64,000 bases of DNA from an uncultured delta proteobacterium (GCA_963848135.1 CAWKCK010000009.1:62001-126000); one strand, 5' to 3'. Shown: positions 40,451-50,463, counted from the first letter of the stretch. A program made the numbers and translations. The notes: generated by a model from the sequence alone, not told the origin.

Positions 40451-40567
40451 TTTCTTCCAATAGGGCGAAATGATACAACAAAATTTCGATGGTGTAAAGA
40501 ATGGGCCGGCTCTGGTGAGTGAACTTTATTAAACTTTACCTATTACGGATGGAAATCGGTACGCCTA

Positions 40568-40834
40568 ATGGAAAAACTGATCGACGAACTTAAGGTGAAG
40601 ATAATCGATGTTCTGGATCTGTCCGACGTTGGGCCCGAGAAGATCGATGCCGACGGCCCGTTTGTGGGCGGTGAATTAGAACTCGATTCGATCGATGTTC
40701 TGGAAATGGTTATTATGATTGAAAAGGAATACGGGGTCCGCATAGAAAATCGTGAACTCGGTGAGAAAGTCTTTTCGAGCTTGAGAACCCTGGCGACATA
40801 TATCTCCGAACACTCCCCGGGACTGCATAAATGA
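40568..40834 (+). CDS. Acyl carrier protein (ACP-2, APE/flexirubin type)
   Basis: LK..II..L.L.D..PE.ID, LELDSIDVLE, EKEYGVRI. Confidence 0.92.
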   Translation: MEKLIDELKVKIIDVLDLSDVGPEKIDADGPFVGGELELDSIDVLEMVIMIEKEYGVRIENRELGEKVFSSLRTLATYISEHSPGLHK

Positions 40835-42999
40835 CCGGAGTGCGGGCATTCATAACCGGATGGGGAATTGTCAGTGCTCTCGGGTCCGGTGTCTCAGCAA
40901 CCCAATCGCACCTCGCCGCGGGACGCAAGGGTATCCAGCCGTTGAGCCTTTTTCCCACCCCGGGCAACGCACCGCTTCCCGTGGGGCAGGTCGATGTCCC
41001 TCTAAAAGAACATTCCATACCCAGAACGCATCAGTTGGCACGTATGGCTGCGGACCAGGCCATGGCGGATGCCCGGCGGATGCCCGATGCTGTGGTGGTG
41101 GGCACGACGACCGGCGGAATGCATACCACAGAGCGATTGCTGGAATCCAATGTTAATGATCCCGCTGCGTATCGCTGGCATGCCGCGGGTTCAGTGGCTG
41201 AAGATCTGGCCGCTCGGTTCAATTGTAAGGGTGCCGTGGTGACCGTTTCCACGGCGTGTTCTTCGGGGGCTGTCGCGATCAAGATCGCGCTGGAAATGAT
41301 CAGAACCGGGATGGCACGTTGCGTCCTCACCGGCGGAGCCGACGCCTTGTGCCGATTGACGTATTATGGATTCAATGTGCTTCAGCTTATCGATCCACAA
41401 GGCGCCCGTCCTTTGGACAAGAACCGGCGGGGGATGTCCGTGGCCGAAGGGGCAGCGATGCTGTTGCTCACGGCTGATGATTCCCGCAATGCCGTTGCCG
41501 AACTCCTTGGCGCCGGTCTGTCCTGCGATGCGTATCACCCGGCGGCCCCTGAACCAGAGGGCAGGGGAGCTTATCAGGCCATGATCTCGGCCCTCGGGGA
41601 TGCCGGCTTTTCAGCCTCAGAAATCGACTATATCAATCTTCATGGTACGGGTACGCCGGATAACGATCTTGCGGAAGCCAGAGCCGTTACGCGGTTGTTC
41701 AAGGATCGACAGCCGCCGGCATCTTCGGTCAAGGGCGCCCTCGGGCATCCGTTGGCTGCTGCCGGTGCTGTCGAAGCGGTGATTTCAGGGATCTGCCTTT
41801 CCGGGCAATGGATACCCGCTAACACCGGTACCGATTCACCCGATCCCGCGCTGGGGTTGCATCCCGTGATGACACCTCGGAAAATCCCGGTCCGCACGGT
41901 GCTGTCCAATTCTTTCGGGTTTGGCGGGAACAACGCTGCCGTGGTGATCGGCTCGCCGGCGGCGCATGGTCGCCACTCCACACGGCGGACGACCGGACCG
42001 ATGCCGGTGAGGGCAAGTGCTTGTATGACCGGCGCCGGTGCCACGGACAGGACATTGGCGTGCATAAAATCCGGAGAAATTTGCGCGGGCACACTCACGG
42101 CTGGAGAGATGGCCAGCCGCCTTCCCGGAAGGATTGTCAGGCGGTTGAAATGCCTGCCGCGGCTTGTGATGGCGCTGGCTGACGAGGCCTATCGTAATTC
42201 GGGGGACCTCGAGCCGCCGACCGATATCTTTTTCGGCACCGGTTGGGGCGCCCTGTCGGAAACCTATGGATTTTTAGAAAGTCTTTTTAATACTGGTGAT
42301 AAATTTTCCAGTCCAACAGATTTTATCGGTTCGGTGCACAACGCTCCCGCCGGTCAGGTGGCAATGATGTTCGGTGCCACCGGTACCAACGTGACCACGA
42401 CCGGTGGGGATTATTCGTTTGAACAGGCGTTGATGTCGGCCGGTCTTCTGGGACCCGTGACAGGCAAAACAGCCCTGGTTGTCGGTGCAGACGAAAATCA
42501 TGAAAAGCTATCGGGGCTTTTCGACCCATCCGTGATGGCCGGCGGAACGCCCGCAGCCGGCGGCGGTGCACTCATTATAGGCCCCGGCGCATCTGCAGCC
42601 GAGGTGACCATCTTTGCGACTTTTTACGCCCTGACGGATAACCAGCCGGATATTGTTGACGCTCTGGTTCAGCAACTTGGGGGACCGGCGCGAATCAATG
42701 CCGCATTCGGCGCCGTTCTGGTTGGAATACCCGCGGCTTTTAAAAAAGCCGGAACGGCACAACAGGTGGCTTTTATTTCCCGAACCGAATTCAATCGACC
42801 CGTGATCGGATATCGAAAATTCACCGGTGAGTTTGCCTCCGCCTCTGCCGTCGCAGCCATTATGGCCGTAGAATTTACAAAAGAAGGTCAAGTCCCCGAT
42901 GCCATCTGCCACGGCCGGACCGGCTCATTGGCCGGCAGAGGGATCCTCGTTCTGGGGCTTGGCAGTGCCGTCACGGCCGTTGAGGTGATGCGTCGGTGA
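40831..42999 (+). CDS. Ketosynthase - chain-length-factor fusion (722 aa)
   Basis: N-half is an active KS (STACSSG, NLHGTGT, GHPL, SNSFGFGGNN). C-half is CLF-like (RRL.., SPTDFIGSVHNAPAG; GGDYSFEQAL where the Cys would be). Confidence 0.88.
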   Translation: MTGVRAFITGWGIVSALGSGVSATQSHLAAGRKGIQPLSLFPTPGNAPLPVGQVDVPLKEHSIPRTHQLARMAADQAMADARRMPDAVVVGTTTGGMHTTERLLESNVNDPAAYRWHAAGSVAEDLAARFNCKGAVVTVSTACSSGAVAIKIALEMIRTGMARCVLTGGADALCRLTYYGFNVLQLIDPQGARPLDKNRRGMSVAEGAAMLLLTADDSRNAVAELLGAGLSCDAYHPAAPEPEGRGAYQAMISALGDAGFSASEIDYINLHGTGTPDNDLAEARAVTRLFKDRQPPASSVKGALGHPLAAAGAVEAVISGICLSGQWIPANTGTDSPDPALGLHPVMTPRKIPVRTVLSNSFGFGGNNAAVVIGSPAAHGRHSTRRTTGPMPVRASACMTGAGATDRTLACIKSGEICAGTLTAGEMASRLPGRIVRRLKCLPRLVMALADEAYRNSGDLEPPTDIFFGTGWGALSETYGFLESLFNTGDKFSSPTDFIGSVHNAPAGQVAMMFGATGTNVTTTGGDYSFEQALMSAGLLGPVTGKTALVVGADENHEKLSGLFDPSVMAGGTPAAGGGALIIGPGASAAEVTIFATFYALTDNQPDIVDALVQQLGGPARINAAFGAVLVGIPAAFKKAGTAQQVAFISRTEFNRPVIGYRKFTGEFASASAVAAIMAVEFTKEGQVPDAICHGRTGSLAGRGILVLGLGSAVTAVEVMRR

Positions 43000-44345
43000 A
43001 GGTACTGCTGGTTTCTGCAAATACACACGCACAGCCCTATCCGGTGTATCCCCTCGGACTCGATTATGTCGCCGGAGCAATCGAAAAGCGTCACCGGGTT
43101 CAGATCGTGGATATGAATGCTCTGGGCGACAATAGTGCCCTGCGCGACCGCATCGCCGGGTTTACACCCGATATCATCGGCCTGTCCATTCGCAATATCG
43201 ACAATACGGATACGACATCGCCGAAAGGGTTTCTCGCCGACCACCGGCGACTGACCGATACGATCCGCACCTGTTCCCAGGCAACCCTTGTGCTTGGCGG
43301 CAGCGGGTTCACCATTTTTCCCTTCGAAACGGTTCATGCCCTAGCGGCCGACTACGGAATTATCGGCGAAGGCGAGCGGTTGTCCGTGTTGTTGGACGCC
43401 CTCGAAAATCGGCAAGACGTTTCTATGATTCCCGGCATCGTCACGCGGCGATCCCAGGGGGTCATTCCCCCGCCGTGGAAGAAGGGTATCCGCAGGCGCT
43501 TCGACCCGAATCAGCCCCATGTCGCCCATTACCTTGAAAAGGGCGGCATGCTCAACCTTCAGTCCAAACGCGGCTGCTGTTTCAACTGTATCTATTGCAC
43601 CTATCCGCACATCGAAGGCCGGGCGCCGAGGCTTTTTGCCCCGGAAGAGGTCGCAGGGAACGCACGCCGTCTGCAGGAGGCTGGGGCCAAATACTTTTTC
43701 GTGACCGACTCGGCCTTCAATTCGAGTCCATCTCACAGCCTCGCGGTGGCACTGGCCTTCCGGAGAGCCGGAGTATCGATACCTTGGGGGGCCTTTTTTG
43801 CCCCAGTGACCCCGCCTGGGGATTATTTCCGAATTCTGTCCGATTCCGGCTTGACCCATGTCGAATTCGGTACCGAATCCCTTTCCGATCCGGTACTCAG
43901 AGCGTATCGCAAACCTTTTCAGGCCGGGGACGTCTTCAAGGCCCACAACGCCGCAATCGATGTTGGCCTTTATGTCGGGCATTACTTCCTACTGGGTGGG
44001 CCCGGTGAAACCACCGCTACCGTGGACCAAACCCTGGAACGCACCGCCCGACTCGATAAATGCGTGCTGTTTTTTTTCTGTGGGATGCGGATTTATCCCC
44101 AAACCGAGCTTTTTAACATCGCTCGTGCTGAGGGGCAGGCAAACGGGTCGGAGACACTGCTGGATCCGGTTTTCTACCGGTCGACATCGATAGACAGCCG
44201 GGAAATACTGGCCAGGGTGCAGGAAAAGGCCGCTGGACAGCCGAACTGGATTATCGGGGATGGCGGAGAGCAGACGGCCGAAGTCCTTTCGCGGTTGTAT
44301 CGTCGCGGGCATACAGGGCCACTCTGGGAGTACCTGATCCGTTGA
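42996..44345 (+). CDS. Lipid-biosynthesis-type B12-binding radical SAM protein
   Basis: PYPVYPLGL.Y, GLSIRNIDN, LGGSGF, QSKRGCCFNCIYCTYP.IEG, FVTDSAFN, GGPGET, GMRIYP.T. Confidence 0.9.
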   Translation: MKVLLVSANTHAQPYPVYPLGLDYVAGAIEKRHRVQIVDMNALGDNSALRDRIAGFTPDIIGLSIRNIDNTDTTSPKGFLADHRRLTDTIRTCSQATLVLGGSGFTIFPFETVHALAADYGIIGEGERLSVLLDALENRQDVSMIPGIVTRRSQGVIPPPWKKGIRRRFDPNQPHVAHYLEKGGMLNLQSKRGCCFNCIYCTYPHIEGRAPRLFAPEEVAGNARRLQEAGAKYFFVTDSAFNSSPSHSLAVALAFRRAGVSIPWGAFFAPVTPPGDYFRILSDSGLTHVEFGTESLSDPVLRAYRKPFQAGDVFKAHNAAIDVGLYVGHYFLLGGPGETTATVDQTLERTARLDKCVLFFFCGMRIYPQTELFNIARAEGQANGSETLLDPVFYRSTSIDSREILARVQEKAAGQPNWIIGDGGEQTAEVLSRLYRRGHTGPLWEYLIR

Positions 44346-44440
44346 CATTTCGCGCGACCGTACCAACTTATGTGCATGTCGCTCTTTGTGGGGGTTGAGG
44401 GTTGAACTTTTTTCAATAATCGATTAATTTACCAAATTCT

Positions 44441-44821
44441 ATGTGGCATGTGATTGATCGCATTGAAACGTCTGATACGGGCGAAATATCTACCCAAGTA
44501 TGTGTGCCTTCGGGTTCCTTATGGTATTCCGGTCATTTTCCTGACGCACCGATTCTGCCGGGAATTGCCCAACTCGGGATCGTGTATGAGGCGATACGCA
44601 GGGTTATCGGGCGAGAATTCTGCCTTGTCGGTGTCCGGCGGATAAAATTCAAGAAGATGATCAGGCCTCACGAGTCTCTTAACATTTCGATAACGCCCAA
44701 GAAGGACAAAGTAGGGACCTACGCCTTTCAAATACATATAGGAAACGACCTGGCTTGCAGCGGAAACCTCACGTTGGAAAAATGCGACGGCATTCGTGAT
44801 CTTGAGGTTAGAAAAATTTAA
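44441..44821 (+). CDS. ApeI/FabA-like dehydratase
   Basis: WYSGHFPDAPILPGIAQL, IKFK..IRP. Confidence 0.85.
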   Translation: MWHVIDRIETSDTGEISTQVCVPSGSLWYSGHFPDAPILPGIAQLGIVYEAIRRVIGREFCLVGVRRIKFKKMIRPHESLNISITPKKDKVGTYAFQIHIGNDLACSGNLTLEKCDGIRDLEVRKI

Positions 44822-44841
44822 AGAACAAGGAGTGCGCAGCA

Positions 44842-45132
44842 ATGACGACGGACATGACTATAGATAAAATTATTCTTCGGGTGGCTGAAATTACGATTCA
44901 GGAATTGAAACTCGAAGACGTGACGCCGGAGACATTCGAGCCGACAATCGACCTTGTCGATGAAGTCGGTGTCGATAGCATGGATTTGGCCACTGTAGCA
45001 CTGGTGATCCGCGATGAGTATGCCATCAGAATCGATGAGGATGACTATCCGAAACTGACCAACATTCAATTGATCGCGGAATATATCGAACGCAAGTTAA
45101 AGGAGAAAGCCGCCGAAGGGGCTGCTGCCTGA
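44842..45132 (+). CDS. Acyl carrier protein (ACP-3)
   Basis: Acidic, 96 aa, GVDSMDLATV, EY.IRIDE; aggag SD. Confidence 0.88.
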   Translation: MTTDMTIDKIILRVAEITIQELKLEDVTPETFEPTIDLVDEVGVDSMDLATVALVIRDEYAIRIDEDDYPKLTNIQLIAEYIERKLKEKAAEGAAA

Positions 45133-45145
45133 CCTGGAGAATCTT

Positions 45146-46237
45146 TTGTTGAATAAACCCGACATAGCAGGCGACAGGGGAAGCCAGGCACCGGAAAAAG
45201 AATGGAAATTTTCGGACATTCTGACAGACCCCCTGATACAGGCGCGCTGGCAGAAAGTCAAAAAGTGGTTTTTTCTGCGGGAATCGACTTACGATATGAC
45301 CAATCGCTGCAATATCCGTTGCAGCGGATGCTACTACTATGAGGGTGAGAAACAGTTTGCCCGCGAAAATAGGGATCCGCAAGCATGGCGCCGATTGATG
45401 CAGGCGGAAAAAAAACGGGGTATAACCTACGTTGTACTCGCTGGCGCAGAACCGGCGCTGGTGCCGGATCTCTGCGAGGTTTGCTACCAGGAAATGCCCC
45501 TGGGGGCCATTGCCACCAACGGTTTGATTTTCTTTCCGAAATCGATTCAATACCGGATTCATATTTCCGTGTGGGGCACAGATGAAACCAGCCTGAAAAT
45601 CCGCAAAGCCCAAAACATGCTTCACAAGCAGCTTGAAAACTACCGCAATGATCCCAGAGCTGTTTTTGTCTATACATTCACGCGCACGAATATTACCCAA
45701 GCCTCTCAGGTGGCTGAGATTCTGGCCAATGACGGGGTGCGAATGACGTTTAACATGTTTTCAGCGCCGGTGGGCTACACTGGTGATTTGGGCCACACAG
45801 ACGATTCACTCAAGGAGTGCCGGCAGACCATGGTCGACCTGTTGGAGACGTATCCGGACACGATCCTGTTTTCAAAATATAACGCCGTTGTCCACACCCA
45901 AACGGTAGGGTTGCACGAATTGTTCAGCTGTCCCTATCCGCGCATGAACCCGTCCACTGCGGTCGGACTCGGAAGATCTTTCCGTCAGTATCGGACCGAC
46001 CTGAACTGGAACCGAAGTGCGGCCTGTTGTGTCCCGGGTACCGATTGCAACGACTGCCGTCATTATGCTTCGGGAAGTGCTGTTGTCACGGCGCGGATGT
46101 TTCGCCACGCGACAAACCCTGATACCTTTAGAGCCTGGCTTGATTATGTGGATACGTACCTTGCCGTCTGGGTCATGGGTTATGAAAAAGGCCCCAACCT
46201 TTCCGATGCCCTGATTGCGCCACCCGGGCACGGGTAA
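45146..46237 (+). CDS. Radical SAM protein (no B12 domain) with C-terminal Cys motif; paralog A
   Basis: YDMTNRCNIRCSGCYY, AGAEP, ATNG, C-terminal CCVPGTDCNDC. Confidence 0.88.
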   Translation: MLNKPDIAGDRGSQAPEKEWKFSDILTDPLIQARWQKVKKWFFLRESTYDMTNRCNIRCSGCYYYEGEKQFARENRDPQAWRRLMQAEKKRGITYVVLAGAEPALVPDLCEVCYQEMPLGAIATNGLIFFPKSIQYRIHISVWGTDETSLKIRKAQNMLHKQLENYRNDPRAVFVYTFTRTNITQASQVAEILANDGVRMTFNMFSAPVGYTGDLGHTDDSLKECRQTMVDLLETYPDTILFSKYNAVVHTQTVGLHELFSCPYPRMNPSTAVGLGRSFRQYRTDLNWNRSAACCVPGTDCNDCRHYASGSAVVTARMFRHATNPDTFRAWLDYVDTYLAVWVMGYEKGPNLSDALIAPPGHG

Positions 46238-46340
46238 ATATAGCGTTACCTCCAGAGATGCTGTCATCCATCACCAGAGTATTGAAAAACCATTTTTCAA
46301 CCTCTTGGTACTCCCCAGCAGGTGTTTAAGGAGTGTTCGT

Positions 46341-47339
46341 ATGAAGACCGTCAGCTCGTTGCTGAATCCAGAATGGTATGAGCGCTACAAAAGAATTTCA
46401 AAGCTGAATATCAGAAGCTCTATTTATGATGTCACCAACCGGTGCAATCTGCGCTGTAAGGGCTGTTTTTTCTTCTCGTCAGGCGAACACAAAGTGGCGC
46501 CAGAGGAGATGGATATCAAAAAATGGGAAGCATTCATCGAGAATGAAAAGAAGCGTGGTGTCAACCTTGCGATTCTGATTGGCGGAGAACCGACACTTTG
46601 CCTTGACAGGGTTGAGGCATTTTACAAACGCCTGCCCACATTCTGCGCCACTAACGGCGTGATCAAGGTCCCCCGGGAGCGGTTTCCGGACATGATGATC
46701 GGTATTTCTCTATGGGGTGATGAACAGGATGAAAAGACCCTGCGCGGCAAAGACACTTTTCGTATCTCGAGTAAAAACTATGCCGGTGATCCCTACGTTT
46801 ACTATCTCTATACGGTCACGCCCCATCAGATCGGTAAAACAGAGAGAATCATCCGCAAGATCAGAGATGCAGGCCTCAAAGTGCACATGCAGCTTCTTTC
46901 CAACGATGAAGGCGTCGACGGGTTTTCCTGGACAACGAATCAGCTCGAAGCCATCCGCCTGGAAATGGATGCCATGCTTGATGCCTATCCGGAAACCATG
47001 ATTTCTTCGAAATATTACCACGAGATTATTACATCCGGCAAAATGGCAGGCCGCCGCTTCGGCTGGGATGAGTGCCCGTCGGTTACGCTACCGCTGGACA
47101 ACCGCAATCCGCGCCCCAAGCGCCTGATCGATTTCATCCGCTGGGCATCGGATCTCAACACCATGCATCGCTGTTGCACGTCCGAGACCAGGGATTGCGG
47201 CACCTGCAAAGATGGCGCCGCCCATATGAGTTGGGTGATGGTGAACAAACGCGCCCACATTCGTACGACCAAAAGTCTGCAGAACTGGATCGAGGTCTAT
47301 GAAATGTTTGCCAAACTTTATCAGTTTATCCCCTGGTAA
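46341..47339 (+). CDS. Radical SAM protein (no B12 domain) with C-terminal Cys motif; paralog B
   Basis: YDVTNRCNLRCKGCFF, IGGEP, ATNG, C-terminal CCTSETRDCGTC. ATG 46341 follows an aggag SD. Confidence 0.88.
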   Translation: MKTVSSLLNPEWYERYKRISKLNIRSSIYDVTNRCNLRCKGCFFFSSGEHKVAPEEMDIKKWEAFIENEKKRGVNLAILIGGEPTLCLDRVEAFYKRLPTFCATNGVIKVPRERFPDMMIGISLWGDEQDEKTLRGKDTFRISSKNYAGDPYVYYLYTVTPHQIGKTERIIRKIRDAGLKVHMQLLSNDEGVDGFSWTTNQLEAIRLEMDAMLDAYPETMISSKYYHEIITSGKMAGRRFGWDECPSVTLPLDNRNPRPKRLIDFIRWASDLNTMHRCCTSETRDCGTCKDGAAHMSWVMVNKRAHIRTTKSLQNWIEVYEMFAKLYQFIPW

Positions 47340-47464
47340 ACGCGACCGTTTGACCATAAACCATTGCTGAAGAGTTTCGGTGGGTCGCCAAGTCCTGAAT
47401 TGGTCGCCATTTGGATCGATTGATCGAATACGCCGGGTGAAATCGACCCTAAATAGGGTGCTGT

Positions 47465-48715
47465 ATGTCATCGAAGGACGTAGTCATTGTCGGTTATGAT
47501 GCCGTGTCTGCCCTGGGAACGGACCTTGATACCCAGTGGGATCGTGCTGCAGATGGACAAAGTGGTATCGGACGGTTGAGCCGATTCCCTGTTTGCGATG
47601 ATTTCCCGGTGCATATCGCCGGAGAAGTGCCTGATATCGATACGGCGCCATACCCCTTCCTCAGCCCTCGCAGCCTTGCCCTTTGGCCGTCACCGATATT
47701 CAAATATGCCATGTTGGTGGTCCACCGGGCCCTCGTCAAAACCGGTATTGAGATTACGCCGGAACTTTCACCCAGAGTCGCCGTCACTTTCAGTTCAGCT
47801 GTCGGGGGGCAGGATGCCCTCCTGGCTGCCGACAGGCAAATGGTCGCAGCAGGCAAACTGCCGCCACCCTATGCCAATCCGAATTCGTGCATCAACATGG
47901 TCGGTGGGAAAATATCGATTTTGACCGGGGCGACCGGACCCATCACTGCCACGATCACGGCCTGTGCCACCGGGGTAACCTCCGCGATCGTCGGAGCGAT
48001 GCTTCTCGAGGCTGGCCGGGCCGATGTGGTTATCAGCGGCGCGGTTGACTTCGCGCTGGTCGAGCCGATCGTGGCCGGGTTTGCGACAATGAACGGTGCC
48101 TACCAGACCCATCCCGAACGACCACCGGAAGTGCCGGCAAGGGCCAGTCGCCCCTTCTCCATCGATCGACGCGGTTTTGTTATCTCCGAAGGCGCCGGTT
48201 GCATCATTCTGGCCACGCGGGAGTTCGCCAATACCAACAATTTGGCTTACAATTTCAGGATCGCCGGTTGGAGCATGACCTCGGATGCCCATCATTTCGT
48301 GGCCCCACGCCTTGAGACGATTGCCCGATGCATGGCCGAAAGCATTGACATGGCAGGGATATCGATGCATGATGTCGCTTCCGTCAATGCGCACGCGGCT
48401 TCCACGAGAGTCGGTGACAAGGTGGAACACCAGGCCTTAAAAACGGTATTTGGTAAGAATATTCCCCCGGTAACCGCCAATAAATCCTTGATCGGTCATG
48501 CAATGGGCGCCTCCAGTGCCATAGAGTCCGTTTTTGCCATGGAAGGGATGCGCAGAGACACCATTCTGCCGACGATTAATTATACGCCGGACCCCGAAAT
48601 GATCCTCGATTGTGTGCCGGAAGGATCGCGTTGTCTCGAGCAGGAGTTTGTTTTGAAGAATTCATTCGGTTTCGGTGGCTGCAACGCATGCATGGTCCTG
48701 CACAGGATCGCCTGA
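47465..48715 (+). CDS. Beta-ketoacyl-ACP synthase (FabF-like)
   Basis: ITACATG, SRPFS.DR.GFV.SEGAG, SDAHH, NAHAAST, GHAMGAS, NSFGFGG. Confidence 0.92.
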   Translation: MSSKDVVIVGYDAVSALGTDLDTQWDRAADGQSGIGRLSRFPVCDDFPVHIAGEVPDIDTAPYPFLSPRSLALWPSPIFKYAMLVVHRALVKTGIEITPELSPRVAVTFSSAVGGQDALLAADRQMVAAGKLPPPYANPNSCINMVGGKISILTGATGPITATITACATGVTSAIVGAMLLEAGRADVVISGAVDFALVEPIVAGFATMNGAYQTHPERPPEVPARASRPFSIDRRGFVISEGAGCIILATREFANTNNLAYNFRIAGWSMTSDAHHFVAPRLETIARCMAESIDMAGISMHDVASVNAHAASTRVGDKVEHQALKTVFGKNIPPVTANKSLIGHAMGASSAIESVFAMEGMRRDTILPTINYTPDPEMILDCVPEGSRCLEQEFVLKNSFGFGGCNACMVLHRIA

Positions 48716-48716
48716 A

Positions 48717-49982
48717 ATGAAAGCATCCCTGAACAGACGTGTTTTCGTTGTCGGTTATGGAGCGGCCACGGCGTTGGGTAAGTCGTTTGAAACGACCTGG
48801 CAGAGAGCGGTGAGTGGGCATGCGGGTTTCAGGAGACTCACCCGTTTCCAGATGGATTCAGATGCCCCTATCGTGGGAGAGATTCCGGAATGGGATCCAA
48901 CCAGCCTCGATTTCGTGGTCCCCAGAGACGCTTACAATTGGAATGCCAGTTACGTCTTCCTGACCATGGCCGTATGCCGGGAGGCCCTGGCACACGCCGG
49001 TCTTGAAATCAACGGCGAAACCGGCCCCAGAACGGCTTGTCTGATCGGTTCGGCGCTTAACGGTACGGATGCCTTTCGGGTCGCCAGCGACAACTACCTC
49101 AATCGTGGGCCCCTCAAGGTGAGCCCCTATCTGCTTCCCAATCTGTGCGCCAATCTTCCATCCGGCAAAGCCGGTATGCTGATGGGTTTTACCGGCCCGA
49201 TATTTTCGCCGCAGGGTGCCTGTGCTTCCGGCAACCACGCCATCGGTATCGGTGCCAGGATGATAAGGGACGGGGATTGCGATTTTGCCCTCGCGGGCGG
49301 CGTCGACACCTGTTTGATTCCTGAAATCTTACAGGGGTTCGCCAATATGCTTGCGACGATTTACGTCGGCCCCCAGGACCGCGCCTATGACGATCCGACT
49401 CAGGCCTCCCGCCCTTTCAGCATTGACCGCAAGGGAATCGTTCTTTCAGAAGGGGCGGGGGTGGTTGTGCTGGCCGCCGAAGATAAAATGGCTTCTTGGG
49501 GCCTGAGGCCGAGGGCCGAAGTGGCCGGTGTTGGGTGGACATCCGATGCTCATCATTTCACTTTACCCAATGCTGCAACGATTATCCGGGCCATCCGGGA
49601 GGCCATAGACGATGCCGGATTGACGGCAGATGATATCGGTTACGTCAGCGCCCACGGCACATCGACTCAAAAGGGCGACAAGGTTGAAGTTGAGTGTTTA
49701 AGGGAGGTGTTCGGCCGCAAACTGGCGAAAATACCGGTGTCTTCGAACAAATCCCAAATCGGTCACACGCTCGGGGCATCCGCAGCCATAGAAGCGGCTC
49801 TGGGGATCGAAGCGATGCAACAGGGGCTGATCTTGCCCACGGTCAATCATATCCCTGATCCTGAACTGGCGGACGTGGATGTGGTTCCACATACGGCCCG
49901 CAGACACGCCCATGAATTTTTCCTGTCCAATGCGTTCGGTTTTGGCGGCACCAACTGCTGTATCGTGTTCAGAGGAGTATGA
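48717..49982 (+). CDS. Beta-ketoacyl-ACP synthase (FabF-like), tandem paralog
   Basis: QGACASG, SRPFS.DR.G, SDAHH, SAHGTST, GHTLGAS, NAFGFGG. ATG 48717. Confidence 0.92.
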   Translation: MKASLNRRVFVVGYGAATALGKSFETTWQRAVSGHAGFRRLTRFQMDSDAPIVGEIPEWDPTSLDFVVPRDAYNWNASYVFLTMAVCREALAHAGLEINGETGPRTACLIGSALNGTDAFRVASDNYLNRGPLKVSPYLLPNLCANLPSGKAGMLMGFTGPIFSPQGACASGNHAIGIGARMIRDGDCDFALAGGVDTCLIPEILQGFANMLATIYVGPQDRAYDDPTQASRPFSIDRKGIVLSEGAGVVVLAAEDKMASWGLRPRAEVAGVGWTSDAHHFTLPNAATIIRAIREAIDDAGLTADDIGYVSAHGTSTQKGDKVEVECLREVFGRKLAKIPVSSNKSQIGHTLGASAAIEAALGIEAMQQGLILPTVNHIPDPELADVDVVPHTARRHAHEFFLSNAFGFGGTNCCIVFRGV

Positions 49983-49983
49983 T

Positions 49984-50463
49984 TTGAGACCGAAACCCTT
50001 CGTTCCGACGCCTCTTGATGGAGACAACGGCTACTACCGGGATGAAACCGAGGGATTTGCCTGGCATTGCAGCCGTCTGAGAACCCTTTATGCGGATACA
50101 GACCGCTCACAAGTGGTTTATCATTCCAATTTTCTGCGCTATTTCGAGTTCGGACGGGCCTCACTGATGCGCGATACCGGTTACCCGTACAAGGAGATTG
50201 AAGACAGCGGCACCATTTATCCGATCATAGAAATCGGCGTTAACTACTACAACCCGGTTCACTATGACGATGCGATGTGCATTTATACCCGACCGTCAAT
50301 TCTTGAAAGGGTCAAACTTCGTTTCGACTACGTCATTACCAAAGAAAAGACCCGCGAAATCGCCTGTAAGGGCTTCACGCGACACTGTGCCATCAATACC
50401 AAAGGCACTCCGGTTGAAGTCGATGAGAAGACGGCCCACTTATGGAAGACATTTCCCAAATAA
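49984..50463 (+). CDS. Acyl-CoA/ACP thioesterase (YbgC/FadM family)
   Basis: RTLYADTD...VVYHSNFLRYFE.GR, P..YDD. TTG start at 49984. Confidence 0.88.
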   Translation: MRPKPFVPTPLDGDNGYYRDETEGFAWHCSRLRTLYADTDRSQVVYHSNFLRYFEFGRASLMRDTGYPYKEIEDSGTIYPIIEIGVNYYNPVHYDDAMCIYTRPSILERVKLRFDYVITKEKTREIACKGFTRHCAINTKGTPVEVDEKTAHLWKTFPK

